In this document: piece by piece, positions 1 to 10,900 of the stretch | Position numbering within the stretch: the first letter of the stretch is position 1 | Layout of the letters: each line of letters begins with the position of its first letter | DNA from: Octopus sinensis | Lineage: Eukaryota | Length of the DNA stretch: 64,000 nt | Direction: 5' to 3' | NCBI RefSeq assembly: GCF_006345805.1 | Contig: NC_042999.1 | Location: forward strand, 2,480,001-2,544,000 | Made by a program: the position numbers and the translations under genes | Notes under the pieces: generated by a model | The model's input: only the letters and a program-made list of their open reading frames with translations | Databases searched by the model: none | What the model was told of the DNA's origin: nothing

Positions 1-19
1 CACCACTACCACACACACA

Positions 20-192
20 CACAACTGATTTTGTTTCTTTACCTTCTGTCAACCACACCCATTTACAAGGCTTTGGTCAGCTCAGGGTAAGAATAAAGAA
101 AACTCTTGCCCAAGGTGCCATGCGGTGGAATTGAACTTAAAACGATGTGGCTGGAAAGCAAACATCTGAACCACACAGACACATCCGTGCCT
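20..192 (-). mobile_element. SINE family A (tRNA-head, CORE-like), 5' half
   Basis: Reverse complement of the family A head (cttgcccaaggtgccatgc...aaccacacag); matches many copies in the window. Confidence 0.7.
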
Positions 193-194
193 CA

Positions 195-410
195 GACACA
201 AAAGATGAAAAAGAGGTAATTTCTACTCTTCTCCTCTGGAAGCCATCTGCTCGCAATACCAGAGGGCGCACACTCTCCTACCCTGATGTAATCTCCAGGG
301 ATACAGGCATCCAGCAACAGGACCTCCGTAATGCCATGATGGACCGTGAAGTCTGGCGTAGCATGGTAAATTCCATTGTCTCGACCACGGTCGAACAATG
401 ATGATGATAA
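195..410 (+). mobile_element. RTE-clade LINE 3' end fragment
   Basis: Translates to ...LLLWKPSARNTRGRTLSYPDVISRDTG...DLRNAMMDREVWRS, typical of the RTE C-terminus, followed by a (TGA)n tail. Confidence 0.75.
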
Positions 411-712
411 AGACACAAAAAAGAAAAAGAAAAAGAATGCAAATACAATGGATTCATAGTTAATTGTTTCTCAACACAGAACCCAAGAGCAAGATTTTTG
501 AATGGATAATTTTCTTTTGCAAATTAAATTACTTTTCCAAGATATGAAATCATTATTAATTCCAATTAATTATATTGTTAATGAAAACAAGAAATATTAA
601 AGCCGGGTTTATCTCGTTAAATAACCCAAGGATCTACTTGAATTAATTCCAAGTAAATTTACATACCACTTCATGCAGCATCTCAGCTTGGTTTAATCAG
701 AAAATAAGGAGA

Positions 713-1097
713 TACTCTTTACTCTTTTACTTGTTTCAGTCATTTTGACCGCGGCCATGCTGGAGCACCGCCTTTAATCGAACAACTCAACCCCGGGACT
801 TATTCTTTTGTAAGCCCAATACTTATTCTATCGGTCTCTTTTGCCGAACAGCTAAGTAACGGGGACATAAACACACCAACATCGGTTGTCAAGCAATGCT
901 AGGGGGACAAACACAGACACACAAACACATATACATATATACGATGGGCTTCTTTCAGTTTCCGTCTACCAAATGCACTCACAAGGCTTTGGTCGGCCTG
1001 AGGCTATAGTAGACAGTTGCCCAAGGTGCCACACAGTGGGACTGAACCCAGAGCCATGTGGTTGGTAAACAAGCTACTTACCACACAGCCACTCCTT
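713..1097 (-). mobile_element. SINE family A, near full length
   Basis: On the minus strand: A-box TGGCTGTGTGG, B-box-like GGTTCAGTCC, CORE-like CCTTGGGCAA, internal (CA/TA)n and AAAAGAGTA tail. Confidence 0.85.
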
Positions 1098-1332
1098 CGG
1101 ATAATTTTTATTTTTGCTTGTAAACAATTGAAGCAGGGTTCAGTCCCACTCTGTGGCACCTTGAGTAAGTGTCTTCTACTATAGCCTTCAGCTGACCAAA
1201 GCCTTGTGTGTCCTTCCAGTCCTTCAGGTCAGCTAACTTCTTGGCAACTATAATGTTAATCTCTATGCTCTCCAACACCTTGAATGTCCACAAATACATC
1301 AAGCTGTTTCTCAAATAAAGGAGACACAAAAC

Positions 1333-1680
1333 TTTACTCTTTTACTTGTTTCAGTAAGTTGACCTTTAGTCGAGCAAATCGACCCCAGGACTTATTCTTT
1401 GTAAGCCTTGTACTTATACTATCAGTCTCTTTTGCCGAACCAGTAAGCTACGGGGACGTAGACACACCACCATCGGTTGTTAAGTGATGTTGGGTGGGGG
1501 ACAAACACACATATATATATGACGGACTTCTTTCAATTTCCATCTACCAAATCCACTCACAAGGCTTTGGTCAGCCCAAGGCTATAGTAGAAGACACTTG
1601 CCCAAGGTGCCACGCAGTGAGACTGAATCCAGAACCATGTGGTTGGTCAGCAAGCTACTTACCACACAGCCACTCCTGCG
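1333..1680 (-). mobile_element. SINE family A
   Basis: Same consensus as 713-1097. Confidence 0.85.
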
Positions 1681-1831
1681 ACTATTGTCAAATTTAGCCC
1701 AAACAGTTTGATCTAACTGCTAAGTTACAGTGGTAACACACAAACACAAGTTGTTAAGCAGTAGTGGGAAACAAACACACACACACACACATGCACATAC
1801 CTGTATATGTGTGTGTGTATATATATATATA

Positions 1832-1985
1832 TCCTCATCATCATCATTGTTTAATGCCCACTTTCCATGCTGGCATAAGTTGGACGGTTTTGACTGAGGG
1901 CTGGCAACCAGATGGCTGCACCAGGCTCCAGTCTGATCTGGCAAGGTTTCTACAGCCGGATGCCCTTCCTAATACCAGCTGTATA
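1832..1985 (-). mobile_element. SINE family C (RTE-tailed, (GAT)n end), 3' part
   Basis: catcatcat...ttccatgctggcat...gttggacggtttt...ggatgcccttcctaa, shared with many copies. Confidence 0.8.
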
Positions 1986-1989
1986 CCGC

Positions 1990-2510
1990 TATCACTGCCG
2001 CCGCTACCACCATAATCACTACTACTGCTGCTACAATGACCACCACTGCTGCCACCGCTACGACCACCTCTACCATCACCACCACCACTGTCACCACCAC
2101 CACCACCACCACCGCCACTACCACTACCACCATCACTGCCATGACCACCTCTACCATCACCACCACTACCACCATCACCACTACCACTGCCACCACCCCA
2201 GCCACCACTACCAGCACCACGCCCACCACTACCACCACCACCACTATCACCACTATCACCATCACTGCCACAACCACCTCTACCACCACTACCATCACCA
2301 CTACCACCGCTGCCACCACAACTACCACCACCACCACCACTACCATTGTTACCAACATGATTGTTGTCACTATCACCATCATCAATGGTCATCAACATCA
2401 TCAACATCATCATCATCATCACCATCATCATCATCAGCACCATCATTATCATCATCATCATAATCGTCTCTATCATGCTCACCAGCAGCAGCAGGAGCAG
2501 CAACAACAAT
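1990..2510. repeat. Cryptic (ACC/CAC/CAT)n trinucleotide low-complexity tract
   Basis: Direct inspection; it gives poly-T, poly-H and poly-V ORFs in all frames. Confidence 0.9.
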
Positions 2511-2779
2511 CATCTGAGAACAGGGTCAAGCAATCAGATAAAAGCTTTCTCATTATCTTGAGTACGACTGGTTGATAGGAATGGAATTGTCTCAGACTTG
2601 GGAATGAAGGAGTGATGGGCATGGAGGGGGAGGCTGAAAGCAAGGAAGGTGTGGTTGCATGGCAGACACAGCCAACTTGACCAACCATTGGAAACAGAGT
2701 ATGGCAAAACAATAAGGACGGTAGGAGTGGTGGTGGTGGCATCAGCAATGGTGTTGATGATGATGATGACGAAAACAAT

Positions 2780-3100
2780 GAAGGCACACAGCTTAGTGGT
2801 AAGGATACTTGACTCGCTATCATAAGATCAGCAGTTCAGTCCCCAGTGGTATATTGCATCCTTGGGCAAGACACTTTATTTCACGTTGCTCCAACCCTCT
2901 CAACTGACAAAATTGAGTCGTACTTGTAATTCAAAGGGGCCAGCCTTGTCACATTCAGTGTCAGGCTGGATCTCCCTGAGAACTACATTCAGGGTATGCA
3001 TGTCTGAGGAGTGCTCAGCCACATGCACGGGAATTTCACAAACAGGCTGTTCCATCGATTGGATTAACTGGGACCTTGTTGTTGTAACCGACAGAGATCC
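2780..3100 (+). mobile_element. SINE family D (tRNA head plus conserved central domain)
   Basis: tRNA-like head gcttagtggtaagg...agttcagtccc, then the domain ggccagccttgtcac...gagtgctcagccac...ggctgttcc shared with 8387-8772. Confidence 0.75.
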
Positions 3101-3164
3101 AGGCCGATGCTGAGGACAATGTTGCTGTTTAATCTCAGGGCAATCATGATACAGAAAACCTATC

Positions 3165-3631
3165 TTGTAATGTTATCATCAGCCTGAATATGCTTGAGGC
3201 ACATTCGAACCAGTGGACAAGCTATTCACTGCATTTTGATATGGAAAATATATCCCGTTTTTTTTTACCAGTGCCGCTGGACTGACTCCTGTGCAAGTGG
3301 CACGTAAAAATCACCATTTCGAGCATGGCCGTTGCCAGTACTGCCAGACTGGCCCTTGTGCCAGTGGGACGTAAAAGCACCCACTACACTGTCGGAATGG
3401 TTGGCGTTAAGAAGGGCATCCAGCTGTGCAAACTCTGCCAGATTAGACTGGAACCTGGTGCAGCCATCTGATTCGCCAGTCCTCAGTCAAATCGTCCAAC
3501 CCATGCTAGCATGGAAAGTGGACGATGATGATGATGTGTATACACTGATATCAGCTCACAGCACCACCTACCCAGACCATGTGTTGCAAGCATTTCAGAG
3601 TAGTTATCTCCTCTTTGACCACGGACACCAG
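3165..3631 (-). repeat. Inverted partial monomer of the hammerhead-bearing repeat, split by a SINE
   Basis: Reverse complement of 3536-3631 matches ctggtgtc..aagaggagataactactctgaaatgctt..tctgggtaggtggtgctgtgagctg; reverse complement of 3165-3260 matches gatatattttccat..caaaatgcagtgaatagcttgt..cctcaagcatattc. Confidence 0.85.
3268..3537 (+). mobile_element. SINE family C inserted into the inverted monomer
   Basis: gtggcacgtaaaa...gaagggcatccagctgt...catgctagcatggaaagtggacgatgatgatg. Confidence 0.85.
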
Positions 3632-3892
3632 TCAGATGTAGGTGTATACGTATCATTTGTCAACAAAGGGATATATTTTCTGTGACACAATGGAGTGAGT
3701 AGCTTGTTCACTGGCTCAAATGGGCTTCAAACATATTCAGACTTATCGTGACATTACAATTTTACTCATCACTGCTTAGCACTCCCCCTCTGTAATTTGC
3801 TTATGGTGAGTCACCACACATCACTGCTTGTTGCTGTATGGCTACTGGGAAAGCGTAAGAGAGCCAGTCTTTTCAATCAGTTCATAGTGTCA

Positions 3893-3962
3893 CCTCCCTG
3901 GTGTCTGTGACTGAAGAAGCGATAACTACTCTGAAATGCTTACATCTCACAGTCTGGGCAGG
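3893..3962 (+). ncRNA. Type I hammerhead ribozyme, predicted cleavage after C3946 (AUC)
   Basis: CTGTGA-CTGAAGA-AGCG[ATAACTA]CTCT-GAAA-TG[CTTA]CA-TC-TCACAG. Helix I is a perfect 6 bp, the core is complete, helix II has one mismatch. Confidence 0.75.
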
Positions 3963-4204
3963 TGGTGCTCTAAGCTGATCTAGGTGTATACATGACATTT
4001 GTCAACAAATGAGATATATTCTCCATGACAAAATGCAGTGAATAGCTTGTTTGCTGGTTCAAACATGCCTCAAGCATATTCGGTCTGAAGATAGCATTAC
4101 AATTTTACTAATCTCTGCTTAATGCTCCCTCTCTAGTCACTGTTGTCATATGGCAACTAGAAAAGCCTAAGAGAGCCAATCTCTTCAATCAGTTCATAGT
4201 GTTG

Positions 4205-4272
4205 CCTCTCTGGTGTCTGTCACTGAAGAGGAGACAACTACTCTGAAATGCTTACATGTCACAGTCTAGGAA
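4205..4272 (+). ncRNA. Type I hammerhead ribozyme copy, probably inactive (AUG at cleavage site)
   Basis: CTGTCA-CTGAAGA-GGAG[ACAACTA]CTCT-GAAA-TG[CTTA]CA-TG-TCACAG. H17 is G4258 and helix I has a C:C mismatch. Confidence 0.65.
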
Positions 4273-4649
4273 GGGGGCGCTGTGAGCTGATCTAGGTGTA
4301 TACATGACATTTGTCAACAGATGAGATATATTCTCCATGACAAAACGCAGTGAATAGCTTGTTCGCCGGTTCAAACGGGCCTCAAGCATATTCAGAATCC
4401 TCATAACATTACAATTTTACTTATCACTGCTTACAGCTCCCTCGTGCCTCTATAAGAAAACTTGTAGTCTTCTCTTTTATTCAGATATATCTGGAATGCA
4501 AAATATTTATACAATCTTGTCCTTTTTTCTTTTAAATAGTACGGTGCATATGTTGTGAGGCATATTTAGCTGCTATTTCTGACAGGTGAAGCAAATGCAT
4601 ATATATTCCTTTACTGGTATGCAGTAAGGGAGCAAGTGGTGCAGATGGT

Positions 4650-4778
4650 GGTTGTGATGACAATGGTCATACTGATAGTAATGATGATGATGATGATGAT
4701 GATGATAAGAAAGGGACAGTAACAAGAATCAGTAAATGATAAGGAGGAAAATGATAGTAATAATTATAATGATGATGG

Positions 4779-4869
<91 letters not shown>

Positions 4870-5400
4870 GATGATGATGATGATGGTGATGATGGTGATG
4901 ATGGTGATGATGACAACAATGGTGATGATAATGATGGTGGTGATGATGATGATACTGAGGATTGGCCAATGATTGATTATTATAAAACGGATTCTTGTTA
5001 CTGGTGACACTGCTACTTCTGATGATGATGACTTTGATGGTGATGATGATGATGATTGCAAAGGTGATGGTGGTGATGATGATAGTGGTAATGGTGATGA
5101 TGATTTTGTTGGTGATGATGGTGATGATGATGGTGATGATGGTGATGATGATGATGATGGTGGTGATGATTGCAAAGGTGATGGTGGTGATGATGATAGT
5201 GGTAATGGTGATGATGATTTTGTTGGTGATGATGATTTTGTTGGTGATGATGGTGATGATCGTAGTAATGTAATGCTGGTGGTCATGATGATGATGATGA
5301 TACCAATGATTGGTCAATGATTGATTATTGTAAAAACAATTTTTGTTGCTGCTGCTTTTGATGATGATGATGATGATGATGATGTTGATATAAAGCAGCA
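4650..5400. repeat. (GAT/GGT)n low-complexity tract with internal 117 bp duplication
   Basis: gatgattgcaaaggtgatggtggt... occurs twice (~5050 and ~5167); gattggccaatgattgattatt occurs twice (~4960 and ~5308). Confidence 0.85.
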
Positions 5401-5991
5401 TAATGAAACTGCCTATTGAACCCTTAATGGTGTGAAGTTCAAGCCCCTAACAACCTGAAAATAAGGTGCCAATTTTATTCCCCAATTAACCTTAAAAACT
5501 GAAGCCAATCTCATTATTCTTAACATTACCAAAAGTAACCACAACAAATAGCATTCACACATACACCTTACCGTCTTCCTTTCTATCTATCAACCTGTCT
5601 GTCTGTCTGTCTGTCTATCTACCTACCTGTCTACCTACATAACTACCTCTCCCTTTCTCTCTCTCTACTTATCTCCTTCCTCATTTGCTCTCTCTTTCTC
5701 TCTCACCCGTTCCCCTTTTTCTGCCAAGGTTAATTATGTCTTTCAACCTTCAAATGCTGGTGGTGATGGTGGTGGTGCCAAGGTTGATAAAATTAAATAC
5801 TAGTCTTAGGTCGTAGCTTAGTAGAACTCTTAGTATCAGAAGAAATGCTATGTAGATTCTGTTCCCACTCTTTGTATACTGGGTCTTTGGATGATGGCTT
5901 TATCCCTCCTATGGTCATTGGGTAACCTCAGATAAATTGATTATCATTACTGTCATTAATATTCTTCTTCTCCTCCTTCTTCTTCTTATTA

Positions 5992-6345
5992 TTATTACCT
6001 CTGCCTTAGGAAATGCAGAGGTATTGTTTTCAGTCACGTTTGTTTGGTTGTTTGTTCGTGGACAAGATATCTCAAGAACTGCTGGATGTATTCGGATGAA
6101 ACTTTCAGGGATGTTTGGCCTTGTGACTGACACAAACTGATTAGATTTTGGGATCATTCTGATACAGGACAAGGATTCTTCCTGTTGTTTCACTTAAGTG
6201 ATTTGGTTCATTTTTAGTATTCTTGTTTCTGAGAGCAGTCAAGTTTATTTCAGGTATTAACATTTTAAAAATCATCTTAATCTAATCATTGAAAGGACGT
6301 TGGTGTTGCCTTGAGGGAAGTTTGTGCCCTCTGAGTGCTCTTGTT
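5992..6345 (+). mobile_element. Non-autonomous Helentron-type (HINE/DINE-like) element
   Basis: 5' acctctgccttagg and 3' ccttgagggaagt as degenerate subterminal inverted repeats; (GTTT)n near the 5' end; terminal hairpin-like gtgccctctgagtgc; T-rich flanks. Confidence 0.6.
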
Positions 6346-6346
6346 A

Positions 6347-6381
<35 letters not shown>

Positions 6382-6382
6382 G

Positions 6383-6940
6383 AGTGGAGTGGAGAGCAGA
6401 ACATCCCATCAAAGTGACACTGCGGCACAAATATATAGAGCGCAATTTATACATCATGACTACCCATCTGATAAGGTTACACCAGGTACATGCATCACAG
6501 CCATATGTGCATGACATGGTGATCTCATATCAAGATTAACAGCACATTACCTTGCAGGTGGTGCCCAGTTAGAATTTTCTGCAGGTTGAGTAGCCCATCC
6601 CGTTCAAAAGGTCCTTGAATAAGGGTTGTTAAAAGATGTTGAAAGAAACACACCTGTTTCCAGAGGGGAATTATTCAAACCTCAAAGAATTCCTCTCAGC
6701 ACATGGCTATGATGTCCCCACTCTACTCTTGCTTGTGATCAGAGATGCACACATCATAAGCCACTAAGGGACATGCTCAACTGGTTACGGTTAAACTGAC
6801 AGGCAAAATCTTTGATATTGAACAGAATCTTTGCTGTAGCCCATCTTTTATACCAAGACAAAACAATGTACATGATAACACTTCCAATCAGTTAAGATTA
6901 GAAGTCACGAGAGCCACTGTCTGGTACTGCATCAGGGCAT
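6383..6940. mobile_element. ~560 bp non-coding interspersed repeat embedded in (ATT)n
   Basis: Complex sequence bounded on both sides by (ATT)n; no ORF; recalled as a common octopus repeat. Confidence 0.5.
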
Positions 6941-6942
6941 TT

Positions 6943-6997
<55 letters not shown>

Positions 6998-7043
6998 TAT
7001 TATTATTATTATTATTACTATTATTATTATTATTATTATTATT
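6941..7043. repeat. (ATT)n microsatellite
   Basis: Direct inspection. Confidence 0.95.
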
Positions 7044-8357
7044 GCATTTGCACAGCTTCTAACGCTGGAGATATACTATGGTGTCAGCTGTCCATTACTT
7101 AGTCTTCTTATTTTTTTAGCACCTTCTTGAGTATTCGAGCAGTTCCAAGCAGTGCTGTTTTCTGCAAGTGTTCCACCCTTATTGCAGCCCCTATTTGTTC
7201 TACGTACTTCTCTAGATTTTTACTCACTGTTCCTAGGACTCCAACAATTATTGGTAATACTGCTACCTTTTTCATCGACCACAACTGCTTAACCTCCCAA
7301 GCTAACCTGTATATGTATCAACTTTTCTTTCTTCCTTATCACATACCTTGTTGTCAGCTAGGCATGCTATATCTATGATCCAGCATAGTTTGTTTTCTTT
7401 CTCAATTAAGACTATGTCCGGCTTCCTATTCTCAGTCTTATGGTCGCATTGAATCATAAAATCCCATAGGATCTTTGTATTTCTATTTTCGACAATGCCT
7501 TCAGGTTTGTGGTCCTGCTAATTTTTGTTCTATCAAGTCCATACTTGTTGCAAAGAGTCCAATTGACAAGCCTGGCTATATTGTCGTTGCATCTCTTATA
7601 TTCCTTCTGGACTAGTGGCGTACATTGGCTGGTAATATGCCATATGGTTTCACCGTTTTGTCCATAGATTCTGCACTTATCACTTTCTGATGTGTTGTCT
7701 ATTCTGTATTTTATGTAGTTTGCTCTTTGTGCTTGCTCTTGGTCAGCACAGATTAGTGCCTCCGTTTCCAGTTTTAAATCACTTTTAGTCAGCCACAGCC
7801 ATCTTTTTTCTCTGTCTGTCTTATCTTCAACATCCCTATGAAATTGTCCATGCATTCTTTTCTTTACCCACCTATTTTCAGTTTCATTCGTTTTCAATTT
7901 CTTGTATAATGCTTTGTCTTTGCAACCTTTCATTCTACACAAGCCTGAATTTTTTACTTCTAATGATAGCGATTGTGTGGTAATTTTTACATACCATGCG
8001 ATGTTGTTTTCTTCTGCTCTAATGCTGTGTTTACATCCAATAAGTCTTCCCCCTCTTTTTCTTGGTACATACAATCTGTCTGTGTCACTTTTTGGGTGGA
8101 GTGACCCATATCTAGTTAGTAACTTTCTTGTCTTTCTGTCTAAGCTGTTTAGTTCATCTACTGTCCATGCGATTACTCCTGTTCCATATCTAAGTAGTGA
8201 AACTGCCCAGGTGTTGATAGCTTTGATCTTATTCCGTCCGTTTAATTTCGACTTGAGGATCAGTCTCAGTCTGTGTACGTACTCCACCATAAATTTTTGT
8301 AATTTCTTTCTCCATTAATTTATCCATTTTTAAAATCCCCAAATACTTATAGCCTGT
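7044..8357 (-). mobile_element. 5'-truncated R4/Dong-clade non-LTR retrotransposon (RT C-terminus, zinc knuckle, restriction-like endonuclease), frameshifted
   Basis: GYKYLGI, KIKAINTWAVSLLRYG, DRLYVPRKRGGR, MHGQF, CRI..ETIWHITSQC, then ILWDF..QCDH..KPDIV and LQKTALLGTARIL; 3' end runs into (AAT)n. Confidence 0.9.
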
Positions 8358-8386
8358 CTATAAGTATATAAGTATATATACCGTCA

Positions 8387-8772
8387 TGGAGGTGCAATGG
8401 CCCAGTGGTTAGGGCAGCGGACTCGCAGTCATAGGATCGCGGTTTCGATTCCCAGACCGGGCGTTGTGAGTGGTTATTGAGCGAAAACACCTAAAGCTCC
8501 ACAAGGCTCCGGCAGGGGATGGTGGTGATCCCTGCTGTACTCTTTCACCACAACTTTCTCTCACGCTTACTTCCTGTTTCTGTTGTACCTGTATTTCAAA
8601 GGGCCGGCCTTGTCACTCTCTGTGTCACGCTGAATATCCCCGAGAATTACGTTAAGGGTACACGTGTCTGTGGAGTGCTCAGCCACTTACACATTAATTT
8701 CACGAGCAGGCTGTTCCGTTGATTCGGATCAACCGGAAGCCTCATCGTCGTAACTGACGGAGTGCTTCCACC
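8387..8772 (+). mobile_element. SINE family D, full length, 16 bp target-site duplication
   Basis: tRNA-like head (tggcccagtggttagg; ggtttcgattccc); atatataccgtcatgg at 8374-8389 and 8773-8788. Confidence 0.85.
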
Positions 8773-8776
8773 ATAT

Positions 8777-8840
8777 ATACCGTCATGGGAGGTTATGAAG
8801 CAGATAGAAGTATCTGCTTCATAACCTCCTCTGACGGTAT
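8777..8840. mobile_element. Tiny palindromic MITE-like hairpin
   Basis: GGAGGTTATGAAGCAGATA-GAAG-TATCTGCTTCATAACCTCC is a perfect 19 bp stem; outer ATACCGTCA/TGACGGTAT; TA at both ends. Confidence 0.7.
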
Positions 8841-8877
8841 TATTATTATTAGTAGTAGTAGTAGTAGCAGCAGCAGC

Positions 8878-8914
<37 letters not shown>

Positions 8915-8917
8915 TTA

Positions 8918-9130
8918 AGATGGTGAGCTGGCAGAATTGTTAGCACACTGGATGATATACTTAGTGTTGTTTCACACATTGCTATGTTCTGAGTTCAAAT
9001 TCCACCAAGGTCAGCTTTGCCTTTTATCCTTTCTGGGTCGCTGAAATAAGTACCTCTTATGCACTGGGATTGATGTAATCGGCTAGCCACCCTTCCCCAA
9101 AAATTTCAAGACCTTGTGTCTAGAGTAGAA
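8918..9130 (+). mobile_element. SINE family B
   Basis: ggtgagctggcagaa...tgagttcaaattcc...tttgccttt...taagtacc. Confidence 0.8.
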
Positions 9131-9161
9131 AGGATTATTATTGTTGTTGTTGTTGTTGTTG

Positions 9162-9232
<71 letters not shown>

Positions 9233-9548
9233 GTTCCTTTGTAATACAGTGAAGGTAAATATGCACTGGAGTCCTTAGTCATCTGTCAAGTCACAACAAG
9301 GACCTCAGACAGATAATACTCTCTTTAAGATGTGTGCTGTGCCCAATAAGGTTGCTTTTTGCAAGACATCAATCTTGCATGGGATTTCCAGTTGCCTTAA
9401 GAAGTCTTGGAGTGTGAATAGGACTGAGCCCAACACTCCAATCACCACTGGAATCACTTTTACATTACCCTCTCGCATTCCATACAGTCTTGCCATTTCC
9501 ACTTTCAATTTGAAGTACTTGGTGATATTTACAATTTCTTTACTCACA
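9233..9548 (-). mobile_element. R4/Dong-clade 3' fragment (second family)
   Basis: VKVIPVVIGVLGSV...LQKATLLGTAHILKRVL* plus a short 3' UTR; (ATT)n on both sides. Confidence 0.85.
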
Positions 9549-9556
9549 TTATTATC

Positions 9557-9646
<90 letters not shown>

Positions 9647-9896
9647 TTTTATTATTATTATTATTTGTTATTATTATGTATACACACATTCAGACACATA
9701 TATAAAATATAATATATATGTATTTATACATGATATATAATGTATGCATACATACACACACACACATATATATATAAATGATGTGATATATAAATATATA
9801 TATATATGTGCATGTATATGTGCATGCATGTATATATATTTATATATATATATATATATATCACTTACATGTATTTTACACCTAGCTAAACTGTTT

Positions 9897-9946
<50 letters not shown>

Positions 9947-10389
9947 TGCACACATACACGTGTGTTCATGTGTGTTTATATCAACCAGTGTCTATGTAGG
10001 TTGAATATGTTGTCTGGACATATATTTTGTCTTGAACAGACAATAAAAATTCCCAGAGAGAGTGGAAAGGGAGAAGAATCGCTTAAAAGAGGGAAGAAAA
10101 GACGCAAATGAAAGCATACAAAACAAAGAACAATAAATACAAAAAAAAACTTAAGATTTACAAAAATGGTGTGGAGAGGAGGAGGAGGAGGAGATGGAAT
10201 GGGGCAGGGTGTGGGGGGAGAGCAGGAGAGAAGGAAACCTATCTCAAAGAAATCAATGAAGATGAGGTCTTTATGGAACAATAAGGAAAGAGAAGGCATT
10301 GAGAGACATAAACAAGAAGAGAAGCACTCGCAGAAGAATGACTGATAAATGTGTTATAAAGGATTGTGTGAAGGCATATGTGTGTGTGT

Positions 10390-10751
10390 GTATATATATA
10401 TATAAAACTATGTATGATTCTCTGTGTGTATGTGTACATATGTATATGTATGTAAATATGTGTATAATAGTGATGACAATGACGATGTTATATGTATGTG
10501 TGTGAGAACATATATATATATATATAACTCTGTGTGTGTGTGTGTGTATGTATGCATATATGTGTATATTGGTGATGACAATGATGATGCTATATGTATA
10601 CATGTGTGTGTGTATGTGCATGGGTGTGCATATATATATATATAACTATATATGATTCTGTGTGTGTATGTATGTGTATGCATGCAAATATGTGTATATT
10701 GGTGATAATAATGATGATGCTATATGTATATGTGTGTGTGTGTGTGCACAA

Positions 10752-10797
<46 letters not shown>

Positions 10798-10900
10798 TAT
10801 GTATGGTTCTGTGTGTGTATGTATGCATGAATGTATGTATGCATATATATGTATATTGGTGATGACAATGATGATGCTATACATGTGTGTGTGTGTGCAT
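10390..10900. repeat. ~125-150 bp compound minisatellite built from (TA)/(TG) microsatellites
   Basis: aactatgtatgattc(t)ctgtgtgt...ggtgatgacaatgatgatgctatatg recurs about 4 times. Confidence 0.75.

Larger units (their letters stand above)
3632..4445 (+). repeat. Tandem array of 342/312 bp monomers (~2.5 copies), retrozyme or PLE pLTR-like
   Basis: Anchor ggtgtatac recurs at 3641, 3983 and 4295; monomers align along their length. Confidence 0.9.

Noticed and set aside
886-1068. Recurrent ORFs MSSNARGTNTDTQ...GLNPEPCGW at many loci
   Set aside because: Antisense translations of SINE family A, not a gene family
1844-2575. Overlapping 138-221 aa ORFs (poly-T, poly-H, poly-V, Gly/Ser-rich)
   Set aside because: Translations of trinucleotide repeats, open on both strands, with no splice or domain support
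4667-5401. Asp/Gly-rich ORF 4973-5320 resembling an acidic biomineralisation protein, plus antisense ORFs
   Set aside because: Lies wholly in a (GAT/GGT)n tract, which lacks stops in several frames by composition
6870-6940. Possible HDV-like ribozyme at the end of the 560 bp element
   Set aside because: No complementary P1 strand or nested pseudoknot could be found
8387-8470. tRNA-like sequences here and at 17651, 32773, 33560, 37309 and 61165
   Set aside because: They have A/B boxes but no closed acceptor stem and continue into shared SINE bodies; these are SINE heads, not tRNA genes
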